From the NCBI RefSeq assembly GCF_963921235.1, contig NC_086097.1, forward strand, positions 165,108,001 through 165,172,000: DNA of 64,000 bases. The letters are read 5' to 3'. This document shows, piece by piece, positions 1-13,573 of this stretch. This stretch comes from Mobula hypostoma. Lineage: Eukaryota. Made by a program: the position numbers and the translations under genes. Each line of letters opens with the position of its first letter. The stretch's first letter is position 1. The notes under the pieces were generated by a model. That model ran no database searches, was not told the origin of the DNA, and saw nothing but the letters and a program-made list of their open reading frames with translations.

Positions 1-339
1 GGGCCTGTTGTGCTGTACTACCCTATAGCTTATAGCCAGTAACAGATGAGAGCTGAGGTATCAGAGAGAACTGGAAAAGGAAAGAAAGGCAAAGTGTATG
101 ACAAACTTTCAGAGGGAATAGACGTGTACAGTTTAAAATTGTGAAAGCATGGGGCCAAAAAATGACCACCTTGAAGAACGTGATGTAAACTACTTTTATA
201 AACTGCCTTTACAAAAATGATTTTTTTCCTATGTTATAGCTAAGAACAGGTTAGCAGCATGATCGAACTAAGTACTGGATTTGTGCCCATCAACCTTTCC
301 CCTATTAAATATAAACTGATTTGACATTGATCAAAATTA

Positions 340-880
340 AATGATAGAAACCTTGAAAAACAGAAGTAAAGAGTCCTTTCAACTCCTTTTTGTCTGACCT
401 ACAGTTCAAAACAATCATGGTAAATCCTCTACCTCAATACCATATTTCCTGTTTCTCCCCATACACTTGATAACTTTGGTGTCTAGCAATCTATATAAAT
501 ATCTTCAGCGATCGACCTCTCCCTACAGCTTGCGTGTCTAAGATGTCCACAGATTTACCAACCTGTGATTAAAGACTTTGCTCCTCATTTCACTTCAATT
601 TTTTACCTCATCACTGTGATCACTATCTTACCTCTTCCATGGCTAGGAGAACACCTTCCCAGCATCTAGCCTATCGAGCCCTGGCAGAATTTCAATGAGA
701 TTTCCTAAACTAATGAATCCAGACCTAGTCAATCTAATTTCTACTTGTACTAAAATCTTGCCATGCCAGTTTGGTAAATTTTCATTGCACTTCCTCTATG
801 GCACTTAGAATCTTTCTCAGATTAGGAGACTCATACTGCATACAGTATTTTAGGTGTGGCCTCACCAAGGCCCCATAGTA
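340..880 (-). mobile_element. Highly decayed CR1-type LINE 3' remnant
   Basis: Patchy reverse-complement similarity to the CR1 3' regions at 27900-28510 and 41500-42078. Confidence 0.5.
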
Positions 881-954
881 ATTGTAGTTAGACATGCTTG
901 TATCTGTACTCAAAACTTTTGCAGATAAGTCCAATATAGCTGAAAATGGTAATG

Positions 955-1480
955 AAGTACATGTATGGTATGTTTGCCTTTGTAGGCCGAGGCATTGAGC
1001 ATAAGAGTTGGGAGGTCATGTTGCAGCTGTGCAAAACATTGGTTAGACCACATGAAGTGTGTGTACAATTCTGATTACCACACATCGTAGCAAAGGAGAG
1101 CATGCAAAAAAAAAGATAGACTGCCAGGGCTAGAGAGCTGTAATTATAAGGAGAGATTGTATAGACTGGGTTTATTCTCTCTGGAACATAGGACGTTATA
1201 GAAATTTATAAAATTATGAGGGACAGGTGTAGAATAGTCAGTCTTTAGTTTCCCATCAGGGAAGTTTAGAACCAGCAGGCGCAGGTTTAATTTGAAAGGT
1301 GAGAAATTTGAATAAAATCAGAGGGAAAAGTTTTTCATACAGAGAGAACTGCCAGAGGAGATGAAAGTGATAATATTATAATATTAAAAAAGCATTTAGA
1401 CAAGTTTCCGTATGGGAAAGCAGTAGAGGGATCGAGGCCTAATGCAGGTAAATAGGATTAACATATAGAGGTATCATGGT
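955..1480 (+). mobile_element. Decayed CR1-type LINE 3' remnant
   Basis: 'ggcattgagcataagagttgggaggtcatgttgcagctg...ggttagaccaca' matches the GIEYKS..VML.L...LVRPH region of the CR1 copies at 41460-41530 and 45180-45250. Confidence 0.7.
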
Positions 1481-2890
1481 CAACAACAATCATGAATCAC
1501 AATCCACTCCAGTTTTGTGTTGCCAGCACATGTAGAAATATGACATTCAACACTCAGTTTACTTATCCAAGTCATATGTTGAATTTTGAAAGATGGTGAT
1601 TATATGTATTGCATGAAGTACTCAAACATGTTTGCGTAGTCTGCGGCAGACCTTGTTTCTTGGGCTTTTTTTATTGTCAAAGTTAATATTACAGCCAGAA
1701 TTACAGCCAATGTCACTAATAAATTTAGTTGTGGTAATTTCTACAAAGTCTTTAAATAAACACTAACTGAAACCTCTGATATATTAGTTTTGCTTCATTG
1801 GTCCTTGTGTGGAACGCACCTCTCTGGAAAAATGTCCTGAATTATGTATACTTGAGCTTTTGATCTGCATGAGTTTGCAATGCTTGTTCATGGGCTGTAG
1901 GTAGTCTGTAGATTTTAGTTGTACCTCATGGTCTCTGATGGAATTGATAGCCTTTCTGATGTAGTAATTAACCATCGCTGTATACAAGGGAATAGTCCAT
2001 AAAGCACAGCTGAGATACACAGAAAGGTCTCTTTTCTCTACAAATCTGTCATATAAAGGAATATTCCATCAGATCGTGGGTGACACTCTTGCCATAATTA
2101 CCACCTAGATGTTCAGAGCATGTTTAAAGAATTGCATCTGCTCAGTTGACCTGAGCCATGAGACAAAGGAGCAGAATTAAGCTACTCTGCTCTGCCATTT
2201 GATTATGGCTGATTTATTTTCCTTCTTAACCCGTTCTCCTGTCTTCAAAATGGTTATAAAATAAGTTGCTGAACAAAATGTAGTTAATTATTAACAATAG
2301 GAATGTACATACTTAATGGGAAAAGGGGGAATTCAAAAGGAAATAGTATTTTTACCCGAAGTTGAGTTATTTTGAAAGCTTAGTAATGCTGAGTAGAAAG
2401 GGCATCTTTAACCAGATGGGATGCATTCTAGTCACGGGAATGAAAATCTGGTGAATTTTAGAAGTTCCAGCCATAATCTTTCAAACCTTCCTTGTAAGAA
2501 TGGTGGCAGAGAATTACAAGGATTGTGGGGTGGCAGTATTCAGAAAAGGAGAAAAGGATAAATCTAACAAATTAATATAAAAGGTGGGGAATATTTCAAA
2601 GAGATTAATTTGGGAGAAAATAAATTGGTGGTTGAAAATGTATTGGTTTGTTCAGGGCAAATTAGGTTCAATTTACTTCGTACTAACTAACTGATAAACT
2701 GGTAAAGACAGAGTAAGATTAGTACCATTAATGTCCACATCAACATCAAAGGACTTTTGATAAAATTTGGCAGATTTGTTCGTGAAATGAAATCTCTTGA
2801 AATTAAAGTGCAGCAATTGGACCAAGTGTTTGTAATTGAGTTATTGAATGTAAGTGTACAGTACTGTTATGCAGTGATTTGTGCAGGAAT

Positions 2891-2993
2891 GCTAACAACA
2901 GGAATTCTGCAGATGCTGGAAATTCAAGCAACACACATCAAAGTTGCTGGTGAACGCAGCAGGCCAGGCAGCATCTATAGGAAGAGGCGCAGT
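2891..2993 (-). mobile_element. Short Penelope-related terminal-repeat fragment, truncated just before the hammerhead motif
   Basis: Reverse complement resembles 22960-23050 and 33465-33515 ('gatgctgcctggcctgctg...ttccagcatctgcag'). Confidence 0.7.
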
Positions 2994-5900
2994 ATGTGTT
3001 GTATTTGGTTAACTGTACAATTTAAAAATTCGAATGTCCTTTATTATCAAAGTATGTAAACAGTAGACATCTTCAAGATTCATCCTCCTGCAGGCAGCTA
3101 CGAAACAAAGAAACACCATGGAACCAGTTCAAGAAAACATCAAGCACCCAACGTGCGAAATAAAAAGAACAGATTGCACAAATGGCAAAAAATGTGCAAA
3201 CAACACAGAAAATTAAACATCAAGCTAGGAGTCCAGTATAATTCAGTTCTGTTCACAAGAATCAAAAGTGCAATAAACATATGAGGATTGTAATTGACTT
3301 CGGAAGAATATAAGTGGGAAATAGTAAATGCAACTTAACCAAATATTTAGTCGTTTATTTGACCAGGGAAAAAAAACTAAAGAGCTAATATAGAGTAAAT
3401 GATTAAGCCAAACATTTATAATGCAGCTACAACAATGTGCAAGGGCAGATCATTTTTTAAAAGCTATTTTATAGAGTATAAAAGGGGGCAGGTTTACAAG
3501 AGCAGTACTAAGAATGAGGGAATTTGGTTATACAAACATTGATTGGAGAAGCAAGGTTTGCTCTCCTTAGAGCAGAGAGGATTCAAAGTCATTAATGATA
3601 ATGATGGAGTACATAAGGAAGTGTGTGTTGTGACAGATTTACAGTAATTGCCAAAAGAACCAGACGCAATGTAAGGAGAATTAGTTTTAGGATTATATTT
3701 TGGAATGCACTGCCTGAAAGGTTGTTGAAATCAGGCAATGTAGTAATTTTTAAAAGGGAATTAGACAAAGATTTGCATGGGGAAATTTTGAGGCACTCTG
3801 GGGACTACTTTGTTTCTGTCACAGGCACCGAAGAGGCAGATGGCCTCTTTGTCGTATATCATTCAATAAATGTTGCCAACGGGGAATTGTTTTCGGAAGC
3901 GGCCTGTAGGACTGAAATCATTGTAAATCAGTTGAAGTTTATTAATAAAGAATAGGTTAGCAATTGTGTCTCCAAATTCAGCTTCTTTCTGCAGAAGCCA
4001 TATCTTATTTGAAACAAAATGCTCACATGATTGTTTGCTCATTTGATACTTTGTAATTGTACACTGCAAGTGTTCGGGGAGGAATTATATTTCACATTTC
4101 CTGTAAGGTTTAAGTAGACCCGTGATAGTTCTACAGATTGTGCTGGACTTCCATGTGCTTTCAATGGTGTTGCATTGTGCTGTTAGAGAAATCACTTTGA
4201 TGCCTTGTACCACTTTTAATTCCTTACTTCACTTTTAAACTTCAGCCAGCAGTTAAAAAAATAAAACTTTCTAATACATCATGTTAAGTGTAGCTGAATG
4301 AACAATTGATTAAATTAACTGATGAGGAAGGCAGTTGCTTAAATTTTGTACTGTTTGAATCAAGCAACTAATTCTGCTAGTACACCAAGGAGATCAAAGG
4401 TTAAATTCAAAAGAGGTTATTTAGCAATGAAAATGAAGGGTTTCTGTCTTGATTTGGAGTTAGTAGTTGAGACTGTAAGGTTATAATTTTAGCACCATTC
4501 TTGGTTTGTTGCATTTAATGTTTTTTTTTACTGTTCAATTGAAAGTCTATATGGCAATTTAATGACTTGAGAGTGGATCTGATTGACAACACCAATATGC
4601 AAATTTATCCCCGTATTCTGAAAACTTTATCAACCTGATGAATTTTCTTCAAATGAAAATGATTAAACATTTCTGTGGCCAAAGAACTCTTGCAGTAGAT
4701 TTTCTGGTTGTAAATAACTCTGAAACACATCTTCAAATGTGGAAGAAATGTCTGTCGTTGCTGGACAGGACTTAAGTTACACTTTAAAATTCCCAAAAGT
4801 TTCGTCAGGTAACGGTAGACTTTTATTTTGTTGATAATGGATTTTGAGAAATGCACTTTTTGAAATTTCAGTTTGAGAGCCAGTTGGCTGTTGCTGAAGG
4901 CCTAGATTAGAAGATTCAGTAGAGACAACACCCATCCAACCTTTAGATTAGGCTTTTATAAATGAAGAGAATATTGTTATACTTGCAGATGCATAGTAAT
5001 GAAAGCACCTAAAACTATGCAATGAACACATTCCAATTACATTTGCTGTAAATTAATTTTGATGTATTGATTAATAGAATGGAACATTGGGCATTTCCTG
5101 GTGTTGTGTTGCGTGAATTTTAGAGGTTTTATATTTTCTTTTGAGACGTACCGCTTCTATTTTTTGTTCTTTCTTTTGTGTAATTTCAAAGTGCAGGAGG
5201 TTGTTGTGCAAGTTGTTCTCTTTTCTTAATTTACATTGTTCTGAAAATGCAATTGCAAATCCTCTCATTGGAGTATTTGTTCCTGGCCACAATCTTACCT
5301 GATATCTTGTCTTGTCATTTATTATTTGCTGTATATTTTTTAATGCATAAGGCTCAATAAACTGTCAGCTTTAGCTTGTGATCTTGAAGAAAAGTTCCTA
5401 TAATGATCTAGTGATTAGTCATGTAGATAGTCTATTTCCCAACATTGATTACGATTGGGTGCTGTTCAAGGGTTCAGCAAAGATGATGTCATCAAGCAGA
5501 CAAAATAGCAAGCCATGTTAAAGAATTCTCACAGGAAGCAAAATTGTAATTATTAACTCTTAACAGTTTGCAAAATGTGTCATAAAGATTGGAACATAGA
5601 TAAATGTAGAATCTGAAACTTTATGAATGTCTTTTAGGGGAATTCCAATGTACCTTGGAACGTCTGGTTTTAAGTTTGTGAGTATTAGATGTGGCCTACT
5701 GTGTTCTTAAAATTTTACTTGGAGTTTATACAACAAATATAACATTTGTGAGTTTTAAATAGTAAAGAACTTAGTAAATATCTGAAATTCTATGTTCTGG
5801 AGTAAAAGAATGCAAACCTTCATACTGTGCAGGCAAGCAGGGAGTTGCTGACTTTTCTGTATTTGTGTATGATCCAAAATTTGCTATCAATTTCACAGAA

Positions 5901-6764
5901 AGAATGGAGCACATTGTCTTGCTATGTAGATAACCATAAAACTTAGTCTTTTTGATGATTAGATAGCTGTACTGTTAATAAATACGATACATTGCAGGAT
6001 TAAGAGCACTCTATTTGTTTTATTTCATAATTCTCATTGACAGATTACAGATTGCATTACAAAGCTTTTGTTTCCTCCGTGATAACTTAGTTACATAAGA
6101 TTATAAATAAATATAGCAGATCATTTGTTTCACAAGGTGTTAAACCAGCTTTCATACTCCATGTATCTCCTATTATTTCTTATTAGTGTCAGTGTAACTC
6201 CGCTCTTTGTCCTCCTTCAGCCTCCTGTTAATTTATATTGTTTATCTCATCATCTCTCTGTGATTGCAAGTTCCATATTTTCACTACTCTTTAGATGAGG
6301 CTATTTCTTTTGAAATTCCAGTTAAATTATTTGATGATTACCTTATAACAAAGGCTTCCAGTTTAGCTTTTCTCCGCAAGTGGAAGTCCGTTCTTACTCT
6401 TCCAGAGTCTTTATTTTTAACGTTTCTATTAGGAGGTCACTCCTAGCTGTTTTTCTCCAGAGAAAACAGATCCTGTTTGCAAATTCTTTCCTGATGTAAC
6501 AGACTTGTGTTACTGTAAACTACCTTGTTAATCTTTTATGTGTTCTCTCCAGTGTCTGTATATGTATTTAAATAACATGGCAAGCAGAACTAAGTTTGAT
6601 CTAATTGAGGTCCAATATGGTTTTAGCATGATTTCTTTAATCTGTAGTTAGCTGTAGTGCTCAGTTAGCTTTTTAATGGCCTTGCTAACCCGTGGTGCAA
6701 CTTTTAGTAAATAATGTTTGAAACTGAAACTTGCATTATCCAAGTAATAAGTGACCTCCCCCTA

Positions 6765-7110
6765 AAATAAATTACCTTGCACGTGACCGTGTTGAACTCA
6801 GTGTGCCCCTCCATCAATATCTTAGGTGTCACGATTGACCAACAACTCAACTGGATCAGCCACATAAATACTATGGCTACAATACATGAGCAAGTAGGTA
6901 TCCTGCAATGAATGACTTGCCTTTTGACCTCACAAGGTCTTTCCACAATCTACAAGGCACAAATTAGAGGTGTGATAGAGTAGACTACTTACCTGGAAGA
7001 GTTGCAATGCCAGCAACTCTCAAGGGGTATTACTCTTGCACTCTATTAATAACTGTAAACATTAATTTCCTCCACCATCTGCACACAATGGCTATCATGT
7101 GTAACATTTA
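6765..7110 (+). mobile_element. Old LINE RT C-terminal remnant (CR1/L2 group)
   Basis: Reads ILGVTIDQQLNWISHIN, typical of the LGV..D..L.W..HI motif after the RT domain. Confidence 0.55.
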
Positions 7111-7589
7111 TTAATACTGGGCCATTATTGTCATTTGTACCAAGAGACAGTGAAAAACTTTTTGTTTTGCTTGCCATCCAGACAAATCATGCAATACATA
7201 ATTACAACAAGGTAAAGCAAAAACAATGGAGAATGTAGAGGAATAGAAGCAGGAGTAACCCTTTTTTTTGTTTCTCAGTTGTGTCATGGCTATTTCTCCA
7301 TACATACATGTGTGTTATTTCCAAGTACCAATGTGCCTTATTGAAAGCCTCCGAAAGTCTGAGTATAACACATCTGGTTCACCCTTGTTTATACTGTTAG
7401 TTGCAACTTCAAAAGCACAAATGTGATTTCCTTTTCATAAATCCATTAAATTTCACAGTATTCTTTTTCCTTTGAGCTACAAACTGTCCCAGGGAATGGG
7501 TTTTGTTTTTACAGATGTCTAAAAGTCAGTTTTGTTCATGAGTAGGAAAATAGACAAAAATCATTCAATATTGTAACCATACCTCCACT

Positions 7590-8068
7590 ATGTTCAAAAT
7601 GATGATTCCAGGAATGAAAGGGTTATCATATGAGGAATGTTTGATGGTTCTGGGCCTGTACTCACTGGAATTTAGAAGGGTAGCCGGGGGGATCACATTG
7701 AAACCTTTCAAATGTTGAAAGGCCTAGACAAAGTAGATGTGGAAAGGATGTTTCCAATGGTGGGAGAGTCTAATACGAGAGGGAACAGTCTTAGGATAGA
7801 GGGGCATCCAATTAGAACAGAGATACAGAGAAATTTCTTTAGCCAAAAGTGGTGAATTTGTGGAATTTGTTACCACTGGCAGCTGTGGAACCCAGATCGT
7901 TGGGTGTATTTAATGTGGAGATTGATAGGTTTTTGATTTGCCGTGGCATCAAAGGTTATGGGGAGAAGACTAGGAAATGGGGCTGAGGAGGGGAAAAGGA
8001 TCAGCCGTGAGCGAATGGCGGAGCAGACTCGATGGTCTAAATGGTCCAGTTCTGCTCCGGTCTTGTAA
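7590..8068 (+). mobile_element. 5'-truncated CR1 LINE 3' end
   Basis: Colinear similarity to 28045-28510 and 41605-42075, including the terminal 'gaatggcggagcagactcgatgg...aatgg...tctgctcc' tail. Confidence 0.85.
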
Positions 8069-9062
8069 TGAACAGCATCAAAAACACATAAAGCTCATTA
8101 AGATGTACTAAAAGTGCTGAGAGTGGGGAAACTAGGTCTACCATTCATGAAAGCAAACAAACTTCTGCATTTCAGATTAGTACGGGAGCTTGCTTGTGTG
8201 TAGGGATGTCCACAAGTTGGGTGTTCATAGCCCAGGGAAACAGCATGTGTGCTGCTTTTAACTCCTTGTAATAGCCACACCTGCCTTAGCTGGATATACA
8301 TTGGAAACTACATAATTATTCTTAAAAAGTTAGCTATTGCTGTTTTTTGGTATGCTTTTCAATATAATTTCCGAGTCTACCATGACCAAGTCATTCTTTT
8401 TGCCTTCATAATTCAAATTTAATTATTTCCTCTTTTAATTTTTATACTCCATTTTATTGTGATTATTGTTCTGTAAAGGCCACTGAAATAAAATTGCAAC
8501 AGTGATCTTCTGCAAATCATTTATTCTTCATTTTTGCTTCTGCTTGTTTGGATTGTCCAGTCCATGTAGATTAATGTCTGCAATTATTACTCCTGCCACA
8601 TGCTCCTTAAATATTTTGCTTTATGTTAATACTTTGCGTCACCTCTACTATTTGAGGCCTATGTACAACTCCCACCAATGTCAAATAAAAACAGAGAATG
8701 TTAGGAAAATTGTTTAGGTAGCATCTGTGGAAAGAGAATCAGAGTTAAGGTTTCTGGTCCAGAATTTAGTTTTTATTTCAGTTTTCTGACATCTGGAGTT
8801 CCCCCCCCCACGAATGTTATTTGCCTCTTCCTTAACTAAACCATCTGAATGTTCACTTGTTAATGTGTTATGTGCATATTTTTGTGAAATTAAAGGAGCA
8901 ATAAAAATGAATGATTTTTGGATTTATTTTCTTATGCCGCTAGTTCACTGCTGTCTATGTCAGTAATTTGTCATTAACTTTTAGTGTTGTTTTAGATTAG
9001 CCTCAATCAAGTGATCCCAACATTCACCGAAAACTTTCATTCTTTTCTTTATCACATTTTAG

Positions 9063-9131
9063 GTAAGACAGATCCGATATGTACAAAGGACAGCACAATG
9101 TGCAGGAGGAAGTGGTGCAGCTTCGTTTGTG
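9063..9131 (+). CDS. NDUFV2: NDUFV2 exon 2 (end of mitochondrial presequence / start of mature protein), VRQIRYVQRTAQCAGGSGAASFV
   Basis: Pyrimidine tract + AG at 9061-9062 and donor GTAAGT at 9132. 69 nt, phase 0-0. Resembles the vertebrate segment ending ...GAGGALFV and joins in frame to HRD... of the next exon. Confidence 0.85.
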
Positions 9132-10450
9132 GTAAGTAATTGGTGCACAATATAGAATATGCATAAATAAATTGAAGCCTTTTCAAATGTTGTTGATGTA
9201 TTTTCAGGTGAATTAACCCGGTACAGTGGTTAGACCCTTTCAATTCTGGACCACGACTTGATTAGAGATTTAGATTTAACTTACTTAAGGTCCTTACAAA
9301 TAATAAGTAAAACTGCTTTGCTTTAGTCTCAACCCATATTTGGGTAGAAGATAATATCTTTGAGACCATATTAGATTACTTAGCAATAAACTAGAAATAT
9401 TTGTTGTTATGTGATGTAGTGCTCAGTTTATTTGAATTTACAAAGTAGAATGCAATGTTGTTCCATTATAACCAGACAATTAGTGCTATTATTTGCTTTG
9501 AAAAATGTAGCAAATGTAACCCTTTCCCATATCTTAGTATTGTGGAAGCAGCTAATGGTAACTAAGAAAATATTCAATTTTAATATATTGATGGAGAGCA
9601 ATACCACTAACTAAATCAATGAGGAATTTCATCTGTGATTGAAAAATAAAATTTATGAATTCACTCAGTCTTTGCAAAGTTGTGGTTTATTAAGCACCAT
9701 ATTATCTTGTTTTGCAATGTCTTCCCCATGGTTCAATCTGACAGATATACTGTAGAGCATATTTATGATATTAGAATTATGTATTTATGTTCAGTGTAGC
9801 TATTGTGTTTAAGTCGTCATTGGGGAAACTATTTAACTACATTTTAGTTAAAGTCATTTGAGTCTGAATTGTACACCATGGAAGCAGGCCATTCAGCCCA
9901 CCAAGTGAACACCCTGCCATGTCAATTTTATCTAGGGTTTTCAGCTTGCATTTGTACTTTGCAGTTGTCTTAGCAATTAATGAAAAAAATTGGCTTTCAT
10001 GCACTGAATAGTCATTTTTATTTGTTATTTCTGTATGAGTCATTGGCAAGGAAAGCATTTATTGCCCTTGAAAATAGTAGTGAATAACAGTACATAGAAA
10101 CTTCAGCAGTTTGGGGCACTCCTACAGTCCTGGAACTTCCTGACTATTTGCCAGAACTGATTTTGATTATGAGGATTGTGCATTACTTGCACTCAGGATA
10201 TTTCCGAAAATGATGTGTCATTATATAGATGCAACATCTGGATTAGAATTATTTCTATCCAATTGAAGTCTACAATGTCTGTAATCTCAAAATTATTACT
10301 CCACAATTAGTTTAAAGGTACTTTTATCCTTTCCCAAACATGGAGTGACATGGTAACGTAGCCGTTAACATTACGCTTTCATTTGGATTAGCTGACAACA
10401 TTCAGTGCGGGACTGACTGACAGTATCAGAGCTTTTGTACCCTGATAAAA

Positions 10451-10690
10451 GGGATGGCACAGTGGCGTAGTGGTTAGCTAAACACTAATACAGTGCCAGC
10501 AACCCGGGTTCAATTCCCTCTACTGCCTGTAAGGAGTTTTTACATTCTTCCCATGACCACATGGATTTCCTCCAGGTGCTCTGGCTTCTTCCCACATTCC
10601 AAAGACATACGGTTAATTGGTCACATGGGTGTAATTAGATGGTGCAGGCTTTTTGGGCCTGAAGGGCCTGTAAGTTTGCTGTATTTCTAA
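10451..10690 (+). mobile_element. tRNA-derived SINE with V-type core and CR1-like tail (HE1-like)
   Basis: A box TGGCGTAGTGG (10463) and B box GGTTCAATTCC (10507). Central 'gatttcctccaggtgctctggcttcttcccacattccaaagac' V-domain-like core. 'gggcctgaagggcctgt' tail. Confidence 0.8.
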
Positions 10691-10849
10691 ATGCAAATAG
10701 AAAAAAACAGTTAAAATCTTATTCAATCATATTAATGACTTTTTAATTAAATTTTAAATATTAAATGAATATAGGAACATAGAATTAAGAAGGAGGGAGG
10801 CACAGGACTAAAAATTATAGGTTAGGTAGCCTGCCTTCAGAGGTAACTT

Positions 10850-11335
10850 ATTGGAGTCCATTATTAAGAATGAGGTTTTGGGTACTTGGAGGCACATAGG
10901 CCAAAGTCAGTATGATTTCTTTAAGAGAAAATCTTGCCTAACAAATCTTTTGGAATTCTTTGAGGAAATAACAAGCAGCATAGACAAAGGAGAGTCAATA
11001 GATATTGTTTACTTGGATATTCAGAAGGCCTTTGACAAGGTGCTGCACATGTGGCTGCTAAACAAGATGAGAGCCCATGGTAACACAGGAAAGATACCAG
11101 CATGGATAGGATGAGAGGGCACAACCTCAGAATAAAATGATGTCCCTTTAAAACAGAGAAGAAAAGGAATTTCTTTAGCCGGAGCATGGTTTGTCTGTGG
11201 AATTCATTGACACAAACAAGTCATTGGGTAGATTTAATGTGGAGATAACAGGTTCTTGATTAATAACTGCGTTATAGGGAGAATGGGGTTGAGAGATAAT
11301 AAATCAGCTATGATGGAATAGTGGTGCAGACACGT
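10850..11335 (+). mobile_element. Internally deleted CR1 LINE fragment
   Basis: ORF 10851-11114 reads KSCLTNLLEFFEEIT...VYLDIQKAFDKV (CR1 RT), joined to a 3' tail. Confidence 0.85.
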
Positions 11336-13510
11336 TTTTGGCAACATATAGGTTAAATTCACATCAGTCCTGCTTTACTGCACTGTAGATGGCTATAAAG
11401 CAAATTCTGTAAAGACCACAACAGGGGATTTCTGCATTAAGTTATGTTTTCAAATCACAAATGTTGGACAGTGTATCATTTCAAAGCAAAATACTCAGTC
11501 ATCAGGAATCTATACAGCAAGGTTTGTGATGGTGAGAGTGCATTTAAAGAAGACTTTTGATGGAGTGTTGACAACTTTAAAAATTATAAGAGACGTGTTT
11601 AGAGAAAATGTAGGGCAAGAAAAGAAGGCCAGAAGCTGGACTCTGCATTTCAATCTTGCTCCACAATTTGATCTTTTACCTGAACTTCACTCTGCCACAC
11701 ATTTACGTCATGATCGGCTGAATGTCCCATTCAAAGCCAATTCCAATCTCATTAATTCTGTTCCCTGGCTAATTTCCCTGAAAGTCATTTCCTCTCACAT
11801 TCCTATGAACTCCATATTGATTCTCCTAAAATGTACTTGTATTAGGGAGTAACTTAACCAATTTACTAACGATCAGCCTATCTCTAGAGTATGGCAAGAA
11901 ACCCACACAGTCACAAACTCCACACAGACTGGATAAACCAGAGTTGCTAGAGCTGAGGCATGTATGTCTATTATTCCGCTCTCTATCTGTGCTTCTAAAT
12001 GTAATTAATGAGTGTGCTTCCACAGCTTTTAGCTTGAGAATTCCAGCAATGAAGTTTACTCTTCAATGACCAACCCTCTTTCCCCTCCCCAACCTGCACA
12101 AGTGAAAAACTCTAATACAAGGAAACTTTGTATTGCTAAGCCCCTACAAAATGAATTGCAAATTTCAAGGATATCAATAAAGATTGTGGACTGGAGAAGA
12201 GATGTGATGAGGCTGAAGTAGGTTGCAGAAGTAGTGAAGATGAAGACCATGGATTAAGGTTGCTCAGGTCAAGGATTTTGGAAACCTCTGCATTGTGGCA
12301 GGAGATGATGCATGCTGATGAGGGGAGGTTAGGGAATAAGTGCGGCAGTCCAGCCCACTTGCCAACTACGTGGGCCAGATCTGGAGTTTGCAAAGACATC
12401 ATTAAAGTAATTGAGTGCAAAGGCGAATAAAACTCAAACATCCCTTCAGTGGTGTGGGGGAGGATCAGTAGCATGTGTTTTTGTGAAAAATGTTCATCTT
12501 TTTAATGCCCAAGTTGTGGGATTTGCAGTTTACTCAGAGCTAACTAAAGTAGCTCTGTTTCTTGATTTTTGAACTGAGGGAAAATCTTGCTTGGTTATGT
12601 GGCACAGCCATGCACTTTTGATAAAGGCTGGTTTTGAGCTAGGTTTTGTCCATATCTGACCTACAGATGATGCAGCAAATGGCATCTAAATATTGAGAGA
12701 AAATAGGTAGAGAATATTAAGCCCAAAACGAATGCTGAGTTTGTGAAGAAAAGTTCTAAAGCTACAACAGTGATTCAGAAGGCAGAAAGAAGTCCGGAGA
12801 TACAAAAAATGGGCAGCTCAATGTTAAAGGTTACAGGTATATCTTTAATATAACAGTCTATTGATAATCTCAATCTGATGTATTATTTCCTTTTGCAAAT
12901 GTCAGCATGATTTTCCTTTACATACATTTGAGCAGTGTTTTTTGTTGAAGCACATCTCCTCAATGTGCAGTGGTGGGAGCAGCCTCAGAATTTCTTTTAC
13001 CCAAGCAGTTGTTGGAATGATTGCTCCTTAATTCAGCCTGCAGTCTTTGACCATGGAATGTGCTAGTCCTGTGCATTTAGACATCTTTTACCAATCTGAT
13101 CATCTTCCAACAGCAATTGGATGTTTGTTTCAGTTTGTCCCTGTAAGGCACAAAATCGCTTTTTTCTGAAAAAGCTGTGCCTTTGATTAGCATTATCACT
13201 GGATTACCTTGTTCTCCAACCTCACCTCATTAGGCTCCCTTCCTACCCATGCATGTTAATTGTACATTGTCAGAGTATTTTGTTGATGTAATTGTCTCCT
13301 ATGCCACCTTGCTGACATTACATGAACTTGACGATCAGGCCTTTGAGAAGATCTTTGAAATTAGTGGAAAGCATTGGCAAAGACCATTAGATGTAAACAT
13401 CTGGTGCAAAATGTAAATCAGCCCTATAAAATGTACAAATTCCTATTTATGTAATGAAAAGCACTGCTTTCCCTCATCAGCTTCTACTTAAAAATCTGTT
13501 TTCCTTTAAG

Positions 13511-13573
13511 CATAGGGATTCCCCTGAGAACAATCAAGACACACCTTTTGATTTCACACCTGAAAATTACAAG
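13511..13573 (+). CDS. NDUFV2: NDUFV2 exon 3, [21 protein letters not shown]
   Basis: ttttcctttaag| acceptor and |gtaaga donor. 63 nt. Near-identical to the conserved [21 protein letters not shown] segment. Confidence 0.97.

Noticed and set aside
1..9062. NDUFV2 exon 1 or promoter
   Set aside because: No CpG-rich island or convincing ATG-presequence exon with a donor site was found. It probably lies upstream of the window.
10451..10530. Possible tRNA gene
   Set aside because: The A/B boxes run on into a SINE body and LINE-like tail, with no intact cloverleaf or oligo-T terminator.
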